Assembly: GCA_964016885.1 (NCBI GenBank)
Contig: OZ024740.1
Coordinates: 201,624,001 to 201,688,000 of the forward strand
Origin: Eledone cirrhosa
Lineage: Eukaryota
Direction of reading: 5' to 3'
DNA length: 64,000 nt
A program made the position numbers and the translations under genes. Positions within the stretch are counted from its first letter, which is position 1. The number at the start of each line of letters is the position of its first letter. Positions 13,931-26,699 of this stretch are shown piece after piece. The notes below the pieces were generated by a model. That model made no database searches. It was not told the DNA's origin and saw nothing but the letters and a program-made list of their open reading frames with translations.

Positions 13931-15236
13931 TCTCAGTCATAACCTGCCCTGTACAAGGCTATGATTTTCCCAAGCAGGTGCCAATCGTTCCTTCCAGCCA
14001 GGCCCTAGACCATAAACTTAAAAATCTCATTTCTAATTTCTCAAAAAGAGTTTCAAACAAGGAACACACAATCACAGGTGGATAAACTATGACATGTATA
14101 GCAGGCATTTGCCCACTGACACATCGTAATGCTACATCAAAGTTTGATCCAAATATTACATATTTCAACTCAAAAGCTGCACAAGTCTTCACACAATTCT
14201 TGTGGCTTAGTGTCTAGGGAGTTGGATTCACAATCATGAGATCGTGAGTTCAATTCCCAGGCTGGGGGATGTGATATGTCCTTGAGCCAGACACTTTATA
14301 TCACACTACTCATTCTGCCAGGAGTTGCTGCTGGTAGATAGTATCAGCAATGGAAAGACTAATGGAAACATTGTTTCCTTAGACTGATTTGATTAGTTCC
14401 ACCCCACTTGGTAAATGGATGAGGCCTGGGATCTTGTCAATCATTTAATTATAGTAATGGGATCAATTTCTTCCATTAACTCCTACTCAGAATGCACCTC
14501 CGTTGGTTTGGTAATGCACAGTACTACCTGCAAGGTTAATTCAACTGTGATGCTGTCATTGTCATGCCTGTGTCCCTCCTCAGATGATGCGAACACTGAA
14601 GCAGACAGTTATGAGTGTGGATTAACAAAAGCAAATATCTGGTTCTCACATATATGGTGTCTGTTGTTAAAAACATGGTTGGTGAACAATATCTGCATCA
14701 AATGTCTGATCACCGTTCATGGGTGGCCTCTGTGCATGTAAATTTACAGCTTGGAGCTAGTTCAACCTATTTTCGGTGAATACGAACACAAGTAAGTAGT
14801 AAGATAGTTATAGTTTTAGTTGTGGTAGGCTTAAGTAAATTAATGTGAAATTACTTTGAGACAGACATTTCTGGCCACTTTCAACCACCTCCACCTAAAG
14901 ATAACATGTATTTTGTAGAGATATTTCCAATTGTAAACAATACACTCAAGTACGAGCAACTACTCACAAATTAATCTACTTTATGAAGATATACAGAGTT
15001 AATAGAGTCTCTTAGATAACATCATTTCACTTTAGGATATGACAGGCGAGAAAGATATATGTGTATGTATGTATACATATTAATTGGTGAAATTACAAAA
15101 AATATAAGTAAACGTAGTATTGTAGTTTCTACGAAATATTGTGAGATATATAGTAATTGACCTGATAAAGTTTTTTTTAAATCTGGTACAAAATGATGGT
15201 AAATAAAACAAAAAGTAATGTTTTACTCAGTATATT

Positions 15237-15670
15237 TCAACTTGATATTTCAGGGCTATTACCCTTTTTCAGATGTGAGGATGAAATAGTCCAAGACAAA
15301 ACAAATGAACAATTAGAGTTTTCACTGGTTTCTTCCCTAACTGGTCCTATGTGTTGGAATGTGCAGAGTTGCGATAGTAACCATTCCACCTCGTGCTTTT
15401 CTGACCCATTATTTATCTCTGGTCTTATTCGGTTGATGAAAATGACTTCCTTAATTCTTATATTTCCTATATTCCTTTCAATTGCTTCTATGGTGACCTC
15501 AATGTCTTCGTTGTGGCATCTTTCAAGATGTTTTTTTATGGAAGAGGCTCTCCTTGTCATGTGTTCCTTGATCCGTATGTGTAGTTTCATTATACTTCCA
15601 ATGTAAGAGGAGCTACATAGTTTGCATATATCGTATAGGCCACATAAGCACTCATACACACTTCTGTGTT
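15237..15670 (-). pseudogene. Penelope-like retroelement GIY-YIG endonuclease fragment
   Basis: VYECLC..CKLCSSSYIGSIMKLHIRIKEH..SSIKKHL..RIKEVIFINRIRPEIN fits the PLE GIY-YIG pattern; followed by a degenerate hammerhead core. Confidence 0.8.
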
Positions 15671-16129
15671 TTTGGTGGGACTAATAGGAAGTGCCTACCT
15701 TAAATATACATACACTACACATATATATATATATACATATATATAGAACTAATGCAAGCAATCATCAAATGCCCTCTGTGTAACTAAGGTACTAGGAAAA
15801 CAAAGCCAACAATAAACAAATCAAGTGGACAAGACCATCAAATTACAAATTCATAAAAATTACATTTGTAAAAACTGAACCAATCATGAACTAAATGTCT
15901 GTATTAGAGCTAAGACAACCCCATAATCCCTACCTCAGACATAATCCATATATCCCAACACCTAACATGCTCTAAATATGAGTATATGAATGTCTTTACT
16001 GGTGCTAAACCTGTTTAGTAGCCTCTTACAACATACAGGGATAGTCACAATATAAAAAAATGTGTACAATATGTGTGTTGTTTTTTTGGGATGGGTGCTG
16101 CGTGTTGGGGGGAGGGGGTTCACTTGCAT

Positions 16130-16256
16130 ATAAGTCGCACCTATTTCCAAGAAAGTACTTGAAAAAGCAGCATGTCTTATCTAGGGCATTGACAACACCT
16201 CAATTCTAAATATAAAGTACCTTATAAAATGGTATTGTGACTTATATACGAGTACA
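16130..16256. mobile_element. Decayed Tc2/pogo-like MITE
   Basis: CTTGCATATAAGTCGCAC ... GTGACTTATATACGAGT inverted subterminal match. Confidence 0.45.
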
Positions 16257-16523
16257 CACACACACAATATCATTATCCTCATCATCACCGCTTAATCTAC
16301 ATTTTTCCACACTAACATGGGTTAGACGAGTTGTCGTTATGGGACAAGCCAGATCAGATGACCGTGTCTTGTAACGCGAAATGCGGTTGTGAAGACTGAT
16401 CTTAAAATACTAAACCTCCCAACAGAAATGTTGAAGGACTGCAAGAGTTGATGCTATGCTGGGGTGTTGAAAGAACCCCTCATGATATGGTACGACATAC
16501 GAGAAAAAACACAGCAGTGGGTA

Positions 16524-16756
16524 GCACACACATCTAGGACCACATGCAACACATAATCAGGTAATACAAACATCTAGGACCACATACAACACATAATCAG
16601 GTAATACATACATCTAGAACCACATACAACACACAAGCAGATAATACATACTGCTGGGACCACATGCAATACATAAGCAGGTAATACATACATCTAGGAC
16701 TACATACAACATACAGGCAGGTAATACATACATCTAGGACCACATACAACACACAT
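16524..16756. repeat. About 40-bp subterminal tandem repeat of the hAT family
   Basis: CATCTAGGACCACATACAACACATAATCAGGTAATACATA x~6; reverse complement of the repeats at 7995-8040 and 51209-51295. Confidence 0.85.
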
Positions 16757-17754
16757 TGTATCGTGCTACGGACGACACAAGAGCAATGGTCGGCCAACAT
16801 AAGGGTTTCGTCACTCTTCTGAAGAGAGAAAATCTATCTGTATTTGCTGTTCATTGTGTCATTCATCGACAACACTTGGCTGCGAAGAAACTCAGCAAGC
16901 CGCTGAGCAAGTCCTTGCAGGTGGCCATTGATGTCATCAATTTTATCAAACGGCATTCCCTCAATGAACGAAGATAATGACGAAGAATTCATCAAGTTGC
17001 TCCTTCATACTGAAGTGAGGTGGCTTTCAAAGAGCAAGTGCTTTACTCACTTCTTCAACTCTATCATTGAGTTTCTGCGAGGACGCAACACAGAACTGTA
17101 CAAGAAAAGCCCTACCTCACCGACATCTTCAACAAATGCAATAGCATCATGTTGGCTTTGCAGGGGAAAAAGATCACCTTGCTTAAAGAAAGGAATGCTG
17201 TGAAAACATTCCTGGCCAAATTGAATGTCATCGAAAGGAATCTTTGTTGACGGGAATTCTATAATTTTCTAGTGTCGCCAATGTTCAAAACATTGTAAGC
17301 GATAACCAACTCCAAATTTATACCACTCACTTCCGTGCGCTACAAGACATGAGAGAATGGTTTGTCAACCTTTTGCCGATGGACATTCCAATGTGGATAG
17401 CAGATCCCTTCATAGCTAACGTTGACAATTTGAACATTAAATTTCAGGAAGTATTCATTGAACTTCAAGCAAATGACATGATCAAAATTAGATTTCCCAA
17501 AATAGGTGAACCCCTTTTTGGGATGCAAGAGGAAATTCAGCGTCGATTTCCACACCTACATGCAGAGATTTGCTCTGCCTTTTCCAAGCTCATACTTAGT
17601 CGAGAGGAGGTTTGATGCTGTTTCCAGACTGCACAGTAAGTCTCGCAACCGCTACAATGTAATTACAAGTGGAGATCTCTGGCTACATCTTAGGAAAATT
17701 CAGCCTCACGTCAAAGAGTTAGCTAGACTCCATGAAGCTCAAGGGTTCCATTGA
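16757..17754 (+). pseudogene. hAT (Charlie/ZBED/SCAND3-like) transposase, frameshifted C-terminal half
   Basis: ATDDTRAMVG..VHCVIHRQHLAAK, LLLHTEVRWLSK, W.ADPF, LPFPSSYLVERRFDAV (hAT dimerisation-like), across four broken ORFs. Confidence 0.92.
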
Positions 17755-18265
17755 AATGAGGTCAAAGTTAAAGTAAGTTGATTTATCCGAAAACTTGGAT
17801 ATGCTATTGTTACAAAGCAAACTAACAATTTTTTTATTTGTAGTTGCAGTCTGACTAGACTGGAAACCATCTACTACAATTCACTTTCTCATTTGTTGTA
17901 TATATTTTACCATTTACTAATAAATATACCCTCCCGCGTGGTCATGGAAACCCTTTTCCGTGGTTTCTAAGCTTACAAAGCAGGGGGACATCAAGTTAGA
18001 TATCAACATTTATTCTGTCCGTTTCATTAAAGGGAAAATTGGAAAGCTTTGAAATGATATAATTGCCACTTTCTTCCAGATAAGAGCATTCTTGGGATAG
18101 ACAGAGTTGCTCTTGTATAAATGTTCAAAATAGCTGGTAACGCCTGGTGGGAATATAACAAATTCAACTGGTCCTTATTCATAAAAAAGAACATTTATGT
18201 TCCTTTTTTTGAAATTTATATATTTCGTTTCAAGGAATGTATTTATACTCTCAGCTGCCTGCAAT

Positions 18266-18396
18266 GGTATCTTTGGAATATTGTTAATTTTTCAGTAATC
18301 TACTGATATCAAAATCAGTAGTATATTGAAAAATGGAAAAATTGGGTAGGGGGGCGTTTCGTGATTTCGAGGGACAAAATGGGTTGAGAACCTGTG
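18266..18396 (-). mobile_element. hAT terminus (TIR) of the 16.5-18.4 kb element
   Basis: Ends GTTGAGAACCTGTG then ATCTAGAC; reverse complement of 7860-7993. Confidence 0.85.
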
Positions 18397-19157
18397 ATCT
18401 AGACAATAAACACAATCAGTACATGCTGTCATCTGGTTAGCGATAGGAAGGGCATCCAGCCATAGATAACTCGCCAAACAAAGCCTTGCGAGGACCCTTT
18501 ATGTGTATCAAAGACATGACAGCCTCCCTAGCGATGGTGACCTATATAATAAATGCACACAGTACATGCTGTAAAGTGATTGGTGAAAGGAAGGGCATCC
18601 AGCCATAGCTTGCCAAACAAAGGGTTGGGAGGACCCTTCAGCTGATCATAAACATGACAACTGCCCCAGTACACTCGGCAGAATGTAAGACTGCATGTAA
18701 GCAAAATGCAGATCCCTGGCCTATCTGGGAGATCAATAACCCAACCTCGGTACTGACTTGGTCTATATAGACCAGTCCAATGCTTGTTAGCAGGGAAAGC
18801 AGGTGTTAAACAATGATAATGATATGTATAATAACGAGAAAGTTATATTACTAAATCCTTTCAAATTCTTGATTATTTTCAAAATTAATTGCAATTCATA
18901 GGAGGTATCTTCCACTAGAAATACAGTAACAAAAGGATTAAGTATTCAGAACAGAGTCAGAAATTAGCCATGTGGTAGCTAGAGAAAGCAAAACAGCAGC
19001 ATCCTGCTATTGCAGAAACTATGTGTTTACCCATTTACACAACAAAGAATGGTAAGGAATTTCCAATGTTTAACTAACAGTTACATGGGAAAAACACACA
19101 CAAATAGTACTAAACTTGAAAAAATAAATACTGAGGCCAATATAATTGAATAAATCC

Positions 19158-20343
19158 CTACATTGTAAGGGACACCTCATGAAGAACTATTGTAGGGAAC
19201 ACCTCATGAAGAAATATTGTAGGGGACACCTCATGAAGAAATATTGTAAGGGACACCATGAAGAAATATTGTAGGGGACACATCATGAAGAAATATAGTA
19301 AGGGACACCTCATGAAGAAATATTGTAGGGGACACCTCATGAAGAAATATTGTAGGGGACACCTCATGAAGAAATATTGTAAGGGACACCTCATGAAGAA
19401 ATATTGTAAGGGACACCTCATGAAGAAATATTGTAGGGGGACACCTCATGAAGAAATATTGTAAGGGACACCTCATGAAGAAATATTGTAGAGGACACCT
19501 CATGAAATATTGTAGGGGACACCTCATGAAGCAATATTGTAGGAACATCTCATGAAGAAATATTGTAAGGGACACCTCATGAAGAAATATTGTAGGGAAT
19601 ATCTCATGAAGAAATATTGTAAGGGACACCTCATGAAGAAATAGTGTAAGGGACACCTCATGAAGAAATATTGTAAGGGACACCTCATGAAGAAATATTG
19701 TAAGGGACACCTCATGAAGAAATATTGTAGGGGACACCTCATGAAATATTGTAGGGGACACCTCATGAAGCAATATTGTAGGGAACATCTCATGAAGAAA
19801 TATTGTAAGGGACACCTCATGAAGAAATATTGTAGGGAATATCTCATGAAATATTGTAAGGGACACCTCATGAAGAAATAGTGTAAGGGACACCTCATGA
19901 AGAAATAGTGTAAGGGACACCTCATGAAGAAATAGTGTAAGGGACATCTCATAAAGAAATAGTGTGAGGGACATCTCAAAGAAATAGTGTAAGGGACATC
20001 TCAAAGAAATAGTGTAGGGAACATCTCGAAGAAATATTGTAAGGGACATCTCATGAAGAAATATTGTAAGGGACACCTCATGAAGAAATATTGTAAGGGA
20101 CACCTCATGAAGAAATATTGTAAGGGACACCTCATGAAGAAATATTGTAGGGGGACACCTCATGAAGCAATATTGTAGGGAACATCTCATGAAGAAATAT
20201 TGTAGGGAACATCTCATGAAGAAATTTTGTAAGGGACACCTCGGACACCTCATGAAGAAATATTGTAGGGGACACCTCATGAAGAAATATTGTAGGGGAC
20301 ACCTCATGAAGAAATATTGTAGGGGACACCTCATGAAGAAATA
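19158..20343. repeat. 27-bp minisatellite, about 44 units
   Basis: Unit ATTGTA(A/G)GGGACACCTCATGAAGAAAT; 9-aa periodic ORFs in several frames. Confidence 0.97.
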
Positions 20344-20416
20344 TAAAATAAAAGTGAAACACACTCAAGAATGCAAAAATAAAACAAAAAAATAAAAAAG
20401 GGTGGGATATTTATTT

Positions 20417-20692
20417 CAAGTGGTTCCTAATTTATTTTGTTGTAGAACTCTTAAACTGAATTTCCAAACATCCGGGAACACATGCCTGTACATTACAGAT
20501 ACTCCCAGCAACCCTAATAAAAATTCATTCATGTACATTTTATGTTGTTGTCAACACACACATAAACATACACTAGATTTCTATTAAATTTTATCAAAAG
20601 ACACATTATCTCAAGGATGGGAGGAGAATATTTACAACTGAAAATTGGTGTTCCTTGGAACCCAACATTGGTAAAAAAAATTAAAAAAACTG
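20417..20692. mobile_element. Decayed hAT-type MITE
   Basis: CAAGTGGTTCCTAAT start and GGAACCC..ATTGGTAAAA..CTG end resemble Charlie-type termini. Confidence 0.35.
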
Positions 20693-20819
20693 ATTTAAGA
20701 TGGTTTCAGAAATGGAGACATTTAGCAAAGTGAAAATAAAAATGATTCATCAAAATATGTCGCAGAAGTCATAGTTGCAATCAGAGCATAAATATTACCT
20801 CACTACAAATATATATATA

Positions 20820-21835
20820 TTGTTGGTGGTGATAGTGTTGGTGTTGATAGTGGTGATGGTGTTGATAGTGGTGATGGTGTTGATAGTGGTGATGGTGTTG
20901 ATAGTGTTGGTGTTGATAGTGGTGATGGTGTTGGTGGTGATGGTGTTGGTGTTGGTGTTGATAGTGTTGGTGTTGATAGTGTTGGTGTTGATAGTGTTGG
21001 TGTTGATAGTGTTGGTGTTGATAGTGTTGGTGTTGATAGTGTTGGTGTTGATAGTGTTGGTGTTGATAGTGTTGGTGTTGATAGTGTTGGTGTTGATAGT
21101 GTTGGTGTTGATAGTGGTGGTGTTGATAGTGGTGGTGTTGATAGTGGTGGTGTTGATAGTGGTGTTGGTGTTGATAGTGTTGGTGTTGATAGTGTTGGTA
21201 TTGATAGTGTTGGTGTTGATAGTGGTGTTGGTGTTGATAGTGTTGGTGGTGTTGATAGTGTTGGTGGTGTTGGTGTTGATAGTGTTGGTGTTGATAGTGT
21301 TGGTGTTGATAGTGTTGGTGTTGATAGTGTTGGTGTTGTTGGTGTTGGTGTTGTTGGTGTTGGTGTTGTTGGTGTTGGTGGTGTTGGTGTTGGTGTTGGT
21401 GGTGTTGGTGGTGTTGGTGGTGTTGGTGTTGGTGTTGTTGGTGGTGTTGGTGGTGTTGGTGGTGTTGTTGGTGTTGGTGGTGTTGGTGGTGTTGGTGTTG
21501 GTGTTGGTGTTGTTGGTGGTGTTGGTGGTGTTGGTGGTGTTGATAGTGTTGGTGGTGTTGGTGGTGTTGGTGGTGTTGGTGGTGTTGGTGGTGTTGGTGT
21601 TGTTGGTGGTGGTGTTGTTGTTGTTGTTGGTGGTGGTGGTGTTGTTGTTGTTGGTGGTGGTGGTGGTGTTGTTGGTGGTGTTGATAGTGTTGGTGGTGTT
21701 GTTGGTGGTGTTGGTGGTGTTGGTGGTGTTGTTGGTGTTGTTGTTGTTGTTGTTGTTGGTGTTGTTGGTGTTGGTGGTGGTGTTGTTGGTGTTGGTGTTG
21801 GTGGCGGCGGTGGTGGTATTAGTAGTAGTAGCAGA
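20820..21835. repeat. Compound trinucleotide repeat (GTG/TTG/ATA)
   Basis: About 1 kb of GTGTTGATAGTGTTG variants grading into GTG/TTG. Confidence 0.97.
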
Positions 21836-22051
21836 AGCAGGAAATTCTTGTTAAACCTTAACTCTGAAGGTATTGTGTGTTATTATTATTTCTTGCCTTT
21901 CACCCTTTCGGGGTTGATAAAATAAAGTACCAGACACATAATGGGGTCGATGTAATGACCTTTCCCTTACCCCAAAATTGTTGGCCTTGTGCCTAAATCA
22001 GAAACAATTATTATTATTGTTGAATATGGGCATACCCTACATTTAAGCTTG

Positions 22052-22099
<48 letters not shown>

Positions 22100-23024
22100 G
22101 CTGTTTACTGTTGGGATTTGGATAGTAAAGATAGACAAAGATGAAATATAAATATAGACACAGACAAAGTAGTTTGTACAACATGTGAGTAAGAACTACA
22201 TGAGAACAATAAAACTTTTATGTACTGAATATACATAGTGAGGTTTGTCAATCAACAATTTAGAGTTACTGTCGTTACTGTTGTTAATGTTGTTGTGGTT
22301 GTGGTAGTAATGGCTGTTACACCCTCCTATTACTCATTGACTGTTTATATAGAAGTGGTGAGATTGTGTATGGTCATTGAAATATTCAAAATCCAACAGG
22401 ACTGACTCCACCGTGGCACCTAGTATTGTGACAACCTCTCTAGTGCTGATGCCATGATAAAATGCATCCAGAACATTCTGTAAAATGGTAGTGTTGGTGT
22501 CACAAAAAAAGCACCCAGCACACTATCTAAGGTGGTTGGCATTAGAAAGCGTGCTAACATGCAAGATTGGTTGCTTCAACCTATTTGGTCTCAGACAACC
22601 TATCCGACTTATGTCAGGATGAAAAGAGTACTTGAAGGCTGATGAGAATTATATATAACATGTAGTCATGCCATGCACCTGTAACTCCTGATGGAATGCT
22701 AGAGGCACTGTGGTGAGAGATATACAGCATGACTTTGGCGTTTAAACCTGGTAGAGCCCATACCTCTTCAGATTTGAACTCAGCCAATGTCTGCCAGAGA
22801 AAGAGAGAAAGAAAGGAAGTGGGAAAGAGAGAAATAGATAGAAAGGAAGAATCAACCCCTGATACACTACTAACACTTTATCAACCTCAAACGGATGAAA
22901 GAAAAAGTTGACAGTGCCATGATTTGAATTCAGAGAATATAGATCCGGAATGAAGACCAAAACACATTCTATCCAACCTCTGCCAATTGACATCCTATAA
23001 GATATATGGTACAGGAGAGAGAGA

Positions 23025-24452
23025 GTGGGTGTGGTGTGGTGTGGTGCGGTGTGGTGTGGGTGGTATGTGTGGTGTGGTGTGTGTGTGGTGTGGTGTGGTG
23101 TGGTGTGGGTGGTATGTGTGGTGTGGTGTGGGTGTGGTGTGGTGTGTGTGGTGTGGTGTGGGTGGTATGTGTGGTGTGGTGTGGGTGGTATGTGTGGGTG
23201 TGGTGTGGGTGTGTGGTGTGTGTGTGGTGTGGGTGTGTGGTGTATGTGTGGTGTATGTGTTGTGTGGTATGTGTGTGTGGTGTGTGATGTGTGTGATGTG
23301 TGTGATGTGTGTGGTGTGTGTGATGTGTGTGGTGTGTGTGGTGTGTGTGATGTGTGTGGTGTGTGTGGTGTGTGTGGTGTGTGGTGTGTGGTGTGTGTGT
23401 GTGGTGTGTGGTGTGTGGTGTGTGGTGTGTGGTATGTGTGGTGTGTGGTGTGGTGTGGTGTGGTGTGGTGTGGTGTGGTGTGGTGTGTGTGGTGTGGTGT
23501 GGGTGGTATGTGTGGTGTGGGTGGTATGTGTGGTGTGGGTGTGGTGTGGGTGTGTGGTGTGTGTGTGGTGTGGGTGTGTGGTGTATGTGTGGTGTATGTG
23601 TTGTGTGGTATGTGTGTGTGGTGTGTGATGTGTGTGATGTGTGTGGTGTGTGTGATGTGTGTGGTGTGTGTGGTGTGTGTGGTGTGTGTGGTGTGTGTGG
23701 TGTGTGGTGTGTGGTGTGTGTGTGTGGTATGTGTGGTGTGGTGTGGTGTGGTGTGGTGTGGTGTGGTGTGGTGTGGTGTGTGTGTGGTGTGTGTGGTGTG
23801 GTATGTGTGTGTGGTGTGGTGCGTGTGGTGTGTGTGGTATGTGTGGTGTGTGTGGTGTGTGTGTGGTGTGTGTGGTATCTGTGTGTGGTGTGTGTGTGTT
23901 GTGTGTGTGGTGTGTGTTGTGGTGTGGTGTGTGTGTGTGGTGTGTGTGTGTGGCGTGTGTGGTGTGTGTGGTATGTGTGGTGTGTGTGGTATGTGTGTGT
24001 GTGGTGTGAGTGTGGTGTGTGTGTGTGTGGTGTGAGTGTGGTGTGTGTGTGCGTGGTGTGGTGTGAGTGTGGTGTGGTGTGTGTGGTGTGTGTGGTGTGT
24101 GTGTGGTGTGTGTGTGGTGTGTGGTGTGTGTGGTGTGGTATGTGTGTGTGGTGTGTGTGGTGTGGTGTGTGTAGTGTGGTGCGTGTGGTGTGTGTGTGTG
24201 GTGTGTGTGGTGTGTGTGTGTGGTGTGTGTGGTGTGTGTGTGTGGTGTGTGGTGTGTGTGGTGTGTGTGTTGTGTGTGTGGTGTGTGTGTTCTGTGTGTG
24301 GTGTGTGTTGTGGTGTGGTGTGTGTGTGTGTGGTGTGTGTGTGTGTGTGTGGTGTGTGTGTGTGTTTGTGTGTGTGTGGCGTGTGTGGTGTGTGTGGTAT
24401 GTGTGTGTGGTATGTGTGTGTGTGGTGAGTGTGGTATGTGTGTGGTGTGTGT
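23025..24452. repeat. Complex (GT)n/(GTG)n simple repeat
   Basis: 1.4 kb almost entirely G and T. Confidence 0.97.
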
Positions 24453-24494
24453 CAAAATGGTTTAAGGTTAAATGTAGGGTTTGCCCATCTTTAA

Positions 24495-24682
24495 TAATAA
24501 TTGTTTCTACGTTTGGCACAAGGCCAGCAATCATCCAGTGTATTACTGGTACTTTATTTTATCGACCCCGTAAGGATGAAAGGCAAAGTTAACCTCGGCG
24601 GGATTTGAACTCAGATTGGAAAGGGCCGTAACTATGCGTCAAAGCATGGCGTCCGACCCTGATTTAGGCACAAGGCCAACAA

Positions 24683-24714
<32 letters not shown>

Positions 24715-24790
24715 GATCATTACATCAAACCTAGTATGCGACTGGTACTTTATTTTATCGATCCCGAAAGGATGAAAGGCAAAAAATAAT
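24495..24790 (-). mobile_element. Two Meta-like tRNA SINE copies
   Basis: Same central domain and B-box on the minus strand. Confidence 0.8.
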
Positions 24791-25074
24791 AATAATAATG
24801 TTTGTATGTATGTATATAAAGGAGAGAGTAAGTATACATACATATTGTACAAGAGAATGTATATACATGTATGTACATATTAATTAGGATAGAAAGAAAG
24901 AAAAACCAGCTGGAGGAAATAATTACTTTCATTAATGTAAATCTGAGAAGTTGATATAGAGAAAGAAGCAAGACAGTGATTTGGTCATTACATGGTAATA
25001 AAGAAAGCCATAGTTTTCTTAGTTTCCCCACCCCTCACTTCAAAATTAATAAAGAATAGTAGTGAATTCTAGTT

Positions 25075-25321
25075 AACTGTGACAACAAACCATCTAAACT
25101 GGCCCTGGTTCTGATACTAAGCTGATTACTTTAAAGTGTTTATATTTATTAAAAAAACCTTCCATCATAATTTTATCTAAGAACATTTAAGCTATGTTCT
25201 AAATACCAGATTAATGGTGGAAAACTTAGTTAAATTACTAAATCTTTCCAAATTCTTAATTACTTTCCATATTATTCAGATATCATAGACAGCGTCACCT
25301 AGAAATATACTAATGACAGGG
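25075..25321. mobile_element. Degenerate piggyBac-like MITE family B
   Basis: Ends AGGG|TTAA at 25318-25325; internal CCTGGTTCTGATAC matches the reverse complement of 55985-56000. Confidence 0.5.
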
Positions 25322-26305
25322 TTAAACCTAAACTGAACACAAAATACTAAGATTTTGAGATAACTGAAGCTGATTCAAATATGAATTCAGTCATCAACTG
25401 AGATGTAATAGAAATAACACACAGATATGCCTACACACACACACACACACATACCTACATACACATACACACGCGCACAGATACATACACGCACTCATAC
25501 ATACACATACCTATATACTCACACACAATCACACATACATACATACACACACGCAGATACATTCCTACATACACACCTATATACACATACACCTACATAC
25601 ACATGCACACACACACACACAAAGATACACACATACATTCTTATATACACATATATAGGTGTGTGTGTATGTGGAATAGGTAGGAGAATACCTAAGGACA
25701 TGATCTGCATGAAAACCAAACAGCAATGACTGGAGCTGGCATACGTAGTGTAATAAGCCTAAAAATGTTTAATTTAATGTTAATAACACAATGGGTGTAA
25801 TTTCAATCAATTAAAATTTTCTGGCAGAGTACAATGATTAAGTACGTTAGCACTAAACACACCATATCATAGTAGGTGGGATTAAAAGATAACAGAGTAG
25901 AGAAGGTGGAATTTAACAGGCTGAAATTATGATTATTACAGTATTGGTAGAGCGTCAGACACCATGCTTTGCAGCATAGAGTTATGGCCCTTTGCGTTCT
26001 AAACCCGCCAGGGTTAACTTTGCCTTTCATCCTTAAGGGGTCGACAAAATAAAGAAGCAGTGAGGTAATCGCTGGCCGTGTGCCAAAAGTAAAAACATGT
26101 TTCTTTAATAGTTGCAATGCATATGTGTGTATACATATACATATAATTGTGTGTGTGGATACACATATATGAATATGTGTGCATATATGTATGTATGCTT
26201 TGAGGACACCCATATATATATATATATAATGGGTGTCCTAAAAAAATGTATATATATATTTATTAGAATGTTGTTGAAGTGTGTAAACATATTTTAGGTA
26301 CCCTG

Positions 26306-26426
<121 letters not shown>

Positions 26427-26551
26427 CTATATTTATTAAATATATATAGACACTCACAAATACATACACAATACATATATGTGTGTGTGTGTGTGTGTAT
26501 ACATGCACGCACGCACACACACATGTATGTATGAATAAATTATGCATGTGT

Positions 26552-26588
<37 letters not shown>

Positions 26589-26699
26589 ATGTATAATATA
26601 TATTTCAAATGGACAACATAGGAATGTAGGTGAGTGTAAGAAACCAAAATAAAGTTGCTTGGAGCTTTAGAAAGTGATTCTGTGCTAACATCACTGACA

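Noticed and set aside
16756-17754. Domesticated ZBED/SCAND3-like gene
   Set aside because: Multiple frameshifts, N-terminal half missing, TIR and subterminal repeats retained.
7860-18396. 10.5-kb macro-transposon bounded by inverted hAT ends with identical ATCTAGAC flanks
   Set aside because: Both are the same end of the family, the interrupted LINE resumes at about 8419, and NTCTAGAN is the preferred target of Charlie-type elements, so matching flanks are likely coincidental.
19158-20343. CRISPR-like array, or 377-aa repeat protein
   Set aside because: Units are contiguous with no unique spacers and there are no cas genes; the ORFs arise from 27-bp periodicity on both strands with frame switches.
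20775-21854. 359-aa Leu/Val-rich membrane-like ORF
   Set aside because: Translation of a trinucleotide repeat; non-ATG start and no domain content.
22969-24592. His/Thr-rich and Cys/Val-rich ORFs up to 521 aa
   Set aside because: GT-only repeats lack stop codons in most frames; same artefact at 27229-28572 and 38862-39247.
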